Origin: Octopus vulgaris
Taxonomy: Eukaryota
Length of the DNA: 64,000 bases
Direction of reading: 5' to 3'
Assembly (NCBI GenBank): GCA_951406725.2
Contig: OX597825.1
Span: 42,904,001-42,968,000, forward strand
Shown here: positions 54,151 to 64,000 of the stretch, piece after piece
Position numbering within the stretch: the first letter of the stretch is position 1
How the letters are laid out: every line of letters begins with the position of its first letter
The notes under the pieces: generated by a model
The model's input: only the letters and a program-made list of their open reading frames with translations
Database searches by the model: none
What the model was told of the DNA's origin: nothing
Translations under genes and position numbers: made by a program

Positions 54151-55633
54151 CGACTAAAAAGGTGTTAAATGAAACAAAAGATAAACTATAAGAAATATAC
54201 ATTCATTCAATGTATAAAAAACGCACTGTGAACGGAAATATTGATAAATCTTTCAATAAACAAGTTAGAAATTAAGGGTAAAAGTAATTTGTGTTTTAAA
54301 AGGTAAAATAAGTAACATATAATGGAAAACCATGCAAAGTGTGATAAAAATAAATGAAAATGTATCAGAATATATAAGAACAAAATAAAAGTCTAAAAAC
54401 TATTTCCAAGCATTCCTTTTCGTCATTTGACATAGCGAATTTCTTACAAGGATAAAAATAACAAATCGGTATTTATCGTGGAAAAGAAAATTAAACAAGA
54501 GGAGAGTAATAATAATAATAACAATAATGAAATAAAAAATAAACGTAAAGAAAACACAAGTTAACATTAGTCGACTTCAATTTTACTGTTCTGAAAATGG
54601 AGATACGTTCATAGGCTTTTAGTCGGTGAAACATAAAAATAAGTCTGAAGTTATTGAGTGTCCGAAAGTGTTCGCATTTATTTTGAAATCCCATCTGTTG
54701 GTACTAATAAATCGACGTCTTAACAGAGTAAGTGAAGATACAAATTAAGGGGGAAATATGCGTGTATAATTATGTATGTGGGTGAGTGTGGGTGGGTGGG
54801 TGTATGCTTTTGTGTGTGTGTTTGTGTGAGTGTGTGTGTTTGTGTAGCTATGTAGATAGCTTGGTTAGTGGCAGTGGTTGTGTATTTGTGTGCTCGGAGG
54901 ACTCAATGATAAACAAAAACAATGAAGAAGTCAAAACCACTTTAATAACTATTACACATTTATTGACTGAACCTAAAAAGTTTCGATCGCTGACAAATGC
55001 GAGCTTCTTTGTTTCCTCGGTTTTCAGTGGTGATTAAATGCCTTTTAATGTACACGCAAACATATACGCCTCCTCATGCACACACAAATGCACACATGCA
55101 CACACGCATGCAGGCATGTAGATTACACAAACAAACGTACAGACACACACACATACATACATAATAAGGGAATAAAACATAATCGGAAATTTCTTCACTT
55201 CCCTTACATGTTTTCTTCTGTAGTTTCAGCTCAGAGCTGTGGCCATGCTGATGCACCACCGCCATTTTTTTCTAGTTACACACAATCTTTGATACAATAC
55301 TTCCGTTTGATTTATTAGTACTCTTATTACTATCAACACTCATTTCCCTTCATATCCCGAATCTCCAAAGCCAATCAATCAATCTATCTATCTAGCCGTC
55401 TGTCTGTCTGTCTATCTATCTGTCTATCTACCTATCTAGCTGCCTGTCTGTTTGTCTATCTAAAGAACTTTCGGACAGTAAGTGACTATTTCGTCTTACT
55501 TTCGTTTGTAAAGGGCATCTTTCGACAGGAACATGCTCAAAATAGGCAGTATAAATGTATGTGGCTTGGGGTCGCCTTAGAAACAAAGCTATCTGTTAAA
55601 CGACATCAAGTCACAAAATCTGCATATCATAGC

Positions 55634-55669
<36 letters not shown>

Positions 55670-56338
55670 CCGAGATGCAATTCGAAAATCCCGCCTCTTA
55701 CATAGATATATAAGAGAGAACATCTCTAATGTGCTATATTGGATACATTTCGTGTTCGTCTGGTATGTTGAGCTTTGATCATTTTTATGTGTCTTGATTA
55801 TGCTTGCACTGACGATTAAAAAGGGCATTTTGTGCACTAATTATGAAATTATATGATATGCGGCTGAATCTGTTTTTAAGTGGCTCGCTTTAGAAGTTGC
55901 ATTTCCTCGCATTTGGTACACTGTATTTATTATGGTAGTTTTCAATCTGAGTCCCTCGTAGATATTCAAGTGTAGTAATTCCCTTAATATAAATATATAT
56001 ATTTAAAGGGGAAAGTCATAATTTTTCCCTTACGAGTTTTTTTTTTACGGTGACTACTTGATAAATTCTTATAAAGATTTTATTCCATTTTAAAATTTTA
56101 TATATCTCGCTAAGATAAATATTTCAATTAACCTGAAGATTGACTGTAACCATAACTCGAATTATTACGAATTGTACAGCCATGGAACGATCGTAGTGTT
56201 TTACTCTTTATCTTTTATTAAACTTTTAATACTTTTGATATATATTTAAAATAATATAAATTAATTAATTTTATGTATTGGCTTATGTTTTTCATTGTTT
56301 GATTTGCCTAATAATGGTTTCATCTCTAATTTAATATA

Positions 56339-56428
<90 letters not shown>

Positions 56429-59400
56429 TGTATGTGTGTGTGTTAGTGAGTGTGTCTGTGTGGACATCTAACTAAATTACACCAACTATTAATCATATAA
56501 ATCGTACCTTCCCTCAAACAATTTTAATCCAAATAGCACTTACTATTTTTAAATCCAAAACCGTAGGATCAAGTTTGAAATTAAAAATTAATTTATTAAT
56601 ATACCTCAATATCATGATTTGATTAGATGAAAACCTATTATGTCATATGTGTTTTATATTCATTTTTTTAATATTTGAACTATTATTCATTCTACCTAAA
56701 TTAATGCTACTGTTTATTTATGCCTGATTTATAGGCGGTCCGTGATTGAAACAAGTGATCTGAGGTGAGAAAGCGGGAGATTTGAAAGGTCCCTCATTTT
56801 AGGATGGGCACCCAATGGACGAACGGAATTCTTGGTGATTGAAACTTCTGTGCAGTATTTTGGGGTAGTGGGTAACTCCGAGTCGCACAGTAAGTTTCTG
56901 TCAGCATTTGAGGAATTATTTCAAATTCGTCTCCCCAAGTTAAATGAAAAGACATTTTGTCCATTACACTTGAAGTGATTGGAGGAGAAGTGGACGACTA
57001 TATAATGGAACTCAGGGACTGTGCGCACTAGCTGTTTTTTCCGGCAAAGGTCGTAGAGAGGCATGTGACTAGTCATGCTGATCGTATATCGATTAGGCTG
57101 TAGCAGCTACCAAATATTAACATAATAACGGTGACAGATTCCGTGGACACAACAAACAACACCCATGATATCGCGGCAGTTGAGACGACAGGTTCTAGTA
57201 GAAAAAGGAGGCAAGAATGAAATATCGTAAAACCGGGAAATGTCGACTGGGGAGTTAATGTGGTTCTCAAGAGATCACGCTTTATAGTTAGAGACAGTAA
57301 AAAACCGAAGCCTGACGTGGTTGTCTATCAGTGTGACCAGCCAGGGAAACGGAAGAAGCGTAGCTACCTCGACAACCGAGTAGAGGCGTTTCGAGCACAG
57401 AACCGAACAGAAGCTTTGTGAGAAAGAGTATGGACTTTGCATCCGTTCAGATCGGGGGTGATGTATGGCTGTATCAATGCGAAGTGCACGACTCAGCGAG
57501 AAGATGTTGGGTGATGGATGTAAATTAACGAAAGAATGTTTCAGCTGCCAAAATGCTGCATCACATCCTGGATGCCCATGGAGTTGTCTGCCCATCAGAC
57601 AAAGGAGGACAATCACCTCATATGTACTACACCAGAGCTTAAGCTTAATGATATGCCTTACTGTAGGTATGTATTTATCTATGACATGCTTGCTTATCCT
57701 GCCCAGGTCTGAATTAGAGGGTCATATGAGTCTAACAGTACGGTTAGTGCTAAAGCTTGTATTGTGGTCCTTAAGATTAACCCTAGGGGCTTTAGGCTCG
57801 TAGAGTCCTGTTGTATCCCCTACTTTATTTCTTTCTATTATAGCTTTGGCTTGTAAGTTAAATTATGTTGGGTTGGTGGGATTCGTGATTTTATACAGGG
57901 TGCAAATGGTATTTGAGTACACATGCATTTTTAATCATTATTTTATTTCACTAATTTTTATTGGACTTCTATTTCAGAAAATAACAATGACAAGTCCTAT
58001 GCTTTCAAATGAAATGAAAAGCATGCTGCGAATGTGGCTTTGAAGGCATGGTGATTCAGAAATTTCTTGGTACATACCATCTAAACATAATGTGGTGTGG
58101 CGACGAAATGAAAATGTGAAATCTTTTATTATTGGAATTATTTTTGTTATAGAAGTCTACCTAATCAAATAATTCTTTGTTTCGAGAGCGCTTGCTGGTT
58201 CTTTTACGCATTTTAAAGATTATGATAGGTTCATAAGATATTTTGTAAATATATCTTTGTGAGTTCTCGTTTGGTTTACAATACAATATATATTTGTCTG
58301 CATCTAATTTGAGTTTTATATCTAGGAAGTTTACAATATTGACCTGACTTGTTGTATCAAGATACTGATAGTTAGCTGAGCTAAAACTGTTCCTTCCTAA
58401 AAGTACCTAATATATGTGCATTGGTGTGATAAGAAACAGCTATCCTGTTATCTCTAAATGATCATATATTTAATGTTATGTTTCTGATCTTCTTGACGGA
58501 AAAATTTGTTGCGCACACATCACCAAACCTGAATTACTTCAAGTTACTACGGGGCAGGATTAATTTGGAGTATCAATAAAATTGCCCTTATTATTTATTG
58601 AAACATCACTGTTCTTTTTGTTTGCTCTAAAGAAAAATAGCTGTTGGCGATCCATTTTGTCATAAATTAAGCATAGATTGCTCTCAGCAATATGATCCAA
58701 CAAATATTATCCATACCACTTTTCAACATGTGAAGTGGAAGAAACTTTGTTTCCAAGTAGACTCAGCCGTTAAAAGCGAGGTATTCCGTCTACGCACACT
58801 AAATATTCTTCGATGAAATGACACGAACCATTGTATTCTTCAGTACAATATTCTAGTGGCTAATCAAACATTACTTGCAAATTTGAGAGTGCCACCCTGA
58901 GACTATTTCCTTAAAAAAATTCAAGCTCTAATAGGCGAAAGCAAAAAGAAAAAAAAATCAGCACATTTTTGAAGAAATAGAATGTGCATCACTTTACGCC
59001 TAAATAAGATATCACGAGTTATATTTATAATATCTGAAGCTGATATATTTCTATTTTCATTTATTTCATATGAATAAATATGCATAATCTCTGTGGTGTT
59101 AACTGAGGATAGAAACTTGGGGATGGAAGAATATCTTACCTTTAATTGAGACGCTGTTCACAGCTGCATCATATTACTGATAATAAAATGTCAAGGAAAA
59201 TCTTCATTGTGCAACAAGAGAAACCGTTGCATTCTAAACGAGATGTGCTGAAGTACTAATGATATTTGAACGAACGGCAAAAGATATTACAGAGACAGAA
59301 TGATTCCAAGCAGTTTGTCTTGTGAATATGTTTAAGACTAGATCCCCGAATGTTATGAATATATGACACCAACCTTTTTTAAGCTGAATTGCTCGGGAAT

Positions 59401-59641
59401 ATTTTAAAGACAAATAATTAATTTTAATTTACCGACCATTTCATCAAAGACGCATACATATAAAACACAAATACATGTGCTGACATAGCCATTTTATTTA
59501 CGTCTATCAGTTTATTTGTATCTATGTCAACCTCACTATCTACTAATGTATCTATACATATGCACATTTACGCACGTATATAATCACACACATTCATATA
59601 TACAACAGAGATATATGTGTATATATGTTTGTATGTATGTA

Positions 59642-59678
<37 letters not shown>

Positions 59679-59684
59679 TCACAC

Positions 59685-59752
<68 letters not shown>

Positions 59753-59761
59753 CTCACACAC

Positions 59762-59794
<33 letters not shown>

Positions 59795-59850
59795 TATCAG
59801 AAATACTAAATTTCTAAATCTCTCGTAGAGACATGTACGGTGGTGGGGCG

Positions 59851-60125
59851 ATAGAATGGTTGTATACTGTCAATCTAACACGAACGTGACAGTAGGGGGT
59901 ACACCACCCCTGTTTAGCCCTAGGAAGCATCGACGCCTCCTGATGGCTTTGACACATTTTTTCTGTGTCCTTATATACATTTACGAAATGTCTCTCCTTC
60001 GTAAATGTATATAAGGACACGGAAAAATGTGTCAAAGCCATCAGGAGGCGTCGATGCTTCCTAGGGCTAAACAGCGGTGGTGTACCCCCTACTGTCACGT
60101 TCGTGTTAGATTGACAGTATACAAC

Positions 60126-60133
<8 letters not shown>
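59851..60133. repeat. 283-bp near-perfect palindrome (about 137-bp arms, 10-nt loop)
   Basis: 59851-59987 is the reverse complement of 59998-60133 with about 3 differences; loop atgtctctcc. Confidence 0.95.
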
Positions 60134-60191
<58 letters not shown>

Positions 60192-60292
60192 ATAAAATAG
60201 TAAGACAACAAAAGAACGAAAGAGACCCCGATATTATGTAAATAGCAGAATTTATCTGTAAATGTAATATGTGACAATTATTCGGAAGCCAT

Positions 60293-60353
60293 GATAAAAC
60301 TTCGAGTTTCGGATGCCGAACTGGACAATCACGCTGCCATCTCTTCAGTTATC
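60293..60353 (-). ncRNA. Type I hammerhead ribozyme motif
   Basis: Minus strand: gataa-CTGAAGA-gatg...catcc-GAAAC-tcgaa-GTT-ttatc; 5-bp stem I. The downstream flank 60190-60260 resembles 43150-43225. Confidence 0.7.
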
Positions 60354-60378
60354 CGGCCATTTAATAATTGTCACACAT

Positions 60379-60421
<43 letters not shown>

Positions 60422-60694
60422 TGTTGTGTCTGAGAAGAGTCATTTTCTTTTTGTGCCTTATGATTTAACACACTCACCGGTAAAATTTCCACTTATTTCT
60501 TATTTTTATTTTCCTAAAATTTTCGTTGCGTCTTGCAACCTTTTCAATAATCTCTCTCCGTTATTTACACTGCGTTCCCCTTTGTTTGATGGTGCACACA
60601 AACATAATAAAAATAAGAAATAAGTGGAACTTTTACCGGCGAGTCTGTTGCATTATAAGGCACAAAAAGAAAATGACTCTCCAGAGACACAACA
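60422..60694. repeat. Diverged inverted repeat of about 89 bp (60422-60510 and 60606-60694)
   Basis: gagtcattttctttttgtgccttat pairs with ataaggcacaaaaagaaaatgactc; ccacttatttcttatttttatt pairs with aataaaaataagaaataagtgg. Confidence 0.85.
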
Positions 60695-60788
60695 TAATAT
60701 GCTTCAACACACGAATTCATATAAAGAATCTTGCAAACCAAATCCCAAAACGAAATATATATATATATATATTGCCAATTTAGCAACA

Positions 60789-60829
<41 letters not shown>

Positions 60830-60831
<2 letters not shown>

Positions 60832-61590
60832 GGAGGGGGGAATTTACATGAGTAATGATGCAACCTTTCATGTGCATGTTACTAAATTGGCAATGAAATG
60901 TAGGCGGCTGAGCGGATGGATTCTTAGAACTTTTAGAACAAGAGACCAGGAAACCACGATGGACCTCTGGAGGACACTTGTCCTAAGCCACTTTGGCTAT
61001 TGCTCTCAGCTATGGTCACAAACCAGTGTCAAATTAATCTCGGAACTTGAGGCAATCCAACGAAGCTTCACGAAGAAGATAGCCTCTATGCAGCATATAA
61101 GCTATTGGGAAAGACTCAAGAGATTAAGACTCTATTCCTTAGAGCGTAGGCGAGAAAGATATGCCATAATATACATCTGGAAGATCCTGGAAGGAATTGT
61201 CCCAAACTTTGACATCGAGAGTTACACAAATACTAGAACTGGGCGCCACTGCATAATGGCAAGGACTCCAAATTTGTCATCAAGATGTAGGACAAGATAC
61301 TGTGATAGCCTGGGCTTCAGAGATCCACAGCTCTTCAATAGTCTCCCGAAAGACCTGAGAAACCTGCATGGGGTGGATGTAGGTGTCTTGAATATAAAGC
61401 TGGACCTCTTCCTGTCAGGTGTCCCAGATGAAGCAATTTCGCGGCAGGAAGTGCAGATGAGGGCAGCTGCATCAAATTCTCTCATGCACCAAATGTCAAT
61501 TTCTAAAAAACATTCGCGAAGTAAAATCATGTAGCAACAACAAATGGCGGTGCCCCGGCATGGCCACAGCTCGTGAGCTGAAACTGGATG
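60830..61590 (+). mobile_element. 3' end of a CR1-like LINE
   Basis: GIYMSNDATF...WILRTFRTR...YCSQLWS...YWERLKRLRLYSLERRRERY; same domain as 21900-22500. 3' tail ggcggtgccccggcatggccacagctcgtgagctgaaact. Confidence 0.88.
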
Positions 61591-61619
61591 TGATGAGATA
61601 TATATATATATCACAGTCA

Positions 61620-62190
61620 CAGACCATTCCAATTTTGGCTTGATGTGCCATTCTTTTCCATCTTGACCTAAATTGCTTGACTAAATCGCGTCGTATCCAA
61701 TTGTTATTATATCATCATCATTGTAGCCCACACCTCACTTGCGTATAAGAGTGCCCGTTGAACGGTGCTATTGTCTATCTTTGTTTAGAGCACATCCTTT
61801 ATTGCGTTAAATTCCTCCCATCCTGGCCTTATTCAATTGCGATTTCAGCATCCATATCTTGGTGCATATTCACGGTGGGTCCTAAGCAGACGTACTCCAT
61901 TACTTCCTCTTTGACATCGTTTCCACTCTCTATTTGGTTTTGTTTTACGTCTTCCGGTCTACATATGTTTTGTCTTTGTGTGGTTCATTTTAAAACCTAC
62001 TGCTAAGCTCTCAGTGTCCAGTTCCATCAGCATGACCAGCAGCTGATCTCTCTAGTTTCAGCGACGAGTACAAAGTCATCTGCGAATCGGATGTGTGTTA
62101 GTTGCTCGTTATGGATGTCGTTGATGGCCCTTTCTAGATAGAGTTTTGGAGATGTGATATCTCTTTGCTTGATACCTTTACCGATGGTGA
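61620..62190 (-). mobile_element. RTE-like RT fragment
   Basis: ITIGKGIKQRDITSPKL...LTHIRFADDFVLVAE. Confidence 0.75.
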
Positions 62191-62328
62191 TACATACGTA
62201 CATACATACATACACTACTGTCGCCGGGTATAATCTGCGTCTGCGCAGTGGTTTGAAAAGTTAGGATTTACAAACCGTTAGTTCTACATGTGGATCTGGC
62301 GGTCTGTATATCTGAAATCTAAAGGCTG

Positions 62329-62400
62329 TCCCACTGAAGAAAAGTGGCCTTCAGCAAATACTTTTTTTGCTGGAAATAGTTAGAAACTGTCGGTCTGGGA
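62329..62400 (+). ncRNA. Type I hammerhead ribozyme motif
   Basis: tccca-CTGAAGA-...cagcaaa/tttgctg...-GAAAC-tgtcg-GTC-tggga. Perfect 5-bp stem I and GUC triplet; base of stem II is degenerate. Confidence 0.65.
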
Positions 62401-62625
62401 AATAGTTGAGATGGTAAACGTTTTTAATTTTCATTCCTTTCGTGAATTTATCCTTTTTTGTGGTCTTGAGATTTCTACTGCTCTTTCTAGCACAACGCTT
62501 TCCTATTTGGAAGCCTCTTATTGCATTTCTATATGAATAATATATAGTCTAATGACTAATTCGTTTTTTGTGCTAGGCGACTGGTAATAATAATTTATTA
62601 TTACTCTATTTTATTATGTTTACAA

Positions 62626-62729
<104 letters not shown>

Positions 62730-62955
62730 ATATATGTATATATATGTATATATGTATATATATAGGCAAAGTTTACGAAAATAAACAAAAGACGAAGGCA
62801 GGTGGTGTACAAACAAACAAATGTATTAGTATAGCGCTCAGGAATAGAAAAAGTCTTTTACGTTTCGAGCCTACGCTCTTCCACAGAAAGATACACAGAA
62901 AAAAACAAGGAGAGAAACAAGGAGAGAAAAAAATGCGTTTAGAAGCTAACGATCT

Positions 62956-63009
<54 letters not shown>

Positions 63010-63341
63010 TGTATATGTATATATATATTCCTGAAATTGAATATTTTGAATTACTAAGGGCAGTGGACCCTTTCAGAATATTTCTTGTTAATTCCAAAGT
63101 TTGAAATAAATAGATTCCTAATATAAAATATGTTACCCAAGTATAAGCTTCAAGTGCATAAAAGAGGTTCATAATTGCATACCAATTTAAAGATTTCTTA
63201 ATATACATACGCAATGATATCTTTATATATGTTCCGTCAAACTTATTACACTTCGCCTTATGTGCATATAAATATACATACATTCACACACACACACACA
63301 CACACATATATATGGATATATATATATATACATACACACAC

Positions 63342-63389
<48 letters not shown>

Positions 63390-63503
63390 TATATACTAAG
63401 TATATATATATATGCATGTATATATATGTATATATGTATACATGCATATATATGTAAATATACATATATAAATACATATACATATATACATGTATGTTAG
63501 GGA

Positions 63504-63504
<1 letters not shown>

Positions 63505-63580
<76 letters not shown>
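63505..63580. repeat. (AAT)n microsatellite
   Basis: Direct reading. Confidence 0.95.
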
Positions 63581-63582
<2 letters not shown>

Positions 63583-63610
63583 GAATGCCCCTCCCACGTG
63601 ACGAGTGGTA

Positions 63611-64000
63611 TGTAATATTCGTTACAAATACTGTGACGTCGAGAAGTCGAGGGAAGTCGGTCATAGACAGTCTTAATTTACTTGTCTAACTAACTATACC
63701 GTTGTACCGGAGTGGACGTGAAAACATTGTGATTTTGGATCACAATAGTGGCGACGGGGAATTAACAAACTCACGAGTATTAAAAACCTCTCAAGGAGTA
63801 CGAAACTCATAAAAGTTTTTTTGCAAGAATTTTATGTTGTACAATTATGGAAGACTTGTTGGCCGGTTTGCTCGAGTTGCAGGAACAGCAACAAGAGACT
63901 GCGGAAACAACAGCAGTCGCAGTAGCTGCAGTGACAGCAACAACGGCAAATTCATGAACAACAACAGCAGCGTCTGCTGCAGGAGCGGTAACAACATCAA
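63611..64000 (+). mobile_element. 5' end of a Gypsy-like LTR retrotransposon (short LTR, PBS, Gln-rich gag start)
   Basis: tgtaat...gatcaca (63611-63744), PBS-like tggcgacg at 63749, ATG at 63847 giving MEDLLAGLLELQEQQQ then decayed poly-Gln. Runs off the window. Confidence 0.6.

Noticed and set aside
56750-57840. GC-richer stretch possibly from an L1/Tx1-like element
   Set aside because: Too degenerate; no diagnostic motif could be read with confidence.
62855-62890. Minimal hammerhead-like motif (ctgtggaagagcgtaggctcgaaacgta, minus strand)
   Set aside because: The core deviates from CUGANGA; noted only as a possible decayed or variant copy.

Overview
AT-rich eukaryotic (animal) genomic DNA made almost entirely of repeats. 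The very dense (TA)n/(CA)n/(GATA)n microsatellites and the SINE families resemble those I recall from octopus genomes; this is an inference, not checked. I could not support any intact host protein-coding gene. The window holds decayed mobile elements of many classes: ORF1-only zinc-knuckle LINE derivatives, HERO-like and R4-like RLE retrotransposons, CR1-like, RTE and Tx1/L1-like LINEs, Penelope-like (PLE) fragments, two Helitrons, a complete non-autonomous LTR element nested in a Helitron, Tc1, piggyBac, a Gypsy 5' end and tRNA-derived SINEs. The most notable non-obvious signals are at least five well-formed type I hammerhead ribozyme motifs with unusually long stem/loop II regions, one inside a retrozyme-like 643-bp-period repeat, and several near-perfect palindromes next to (TA)n tracts. 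Most short ORFs in the supplied track are microsatellite artefacts.
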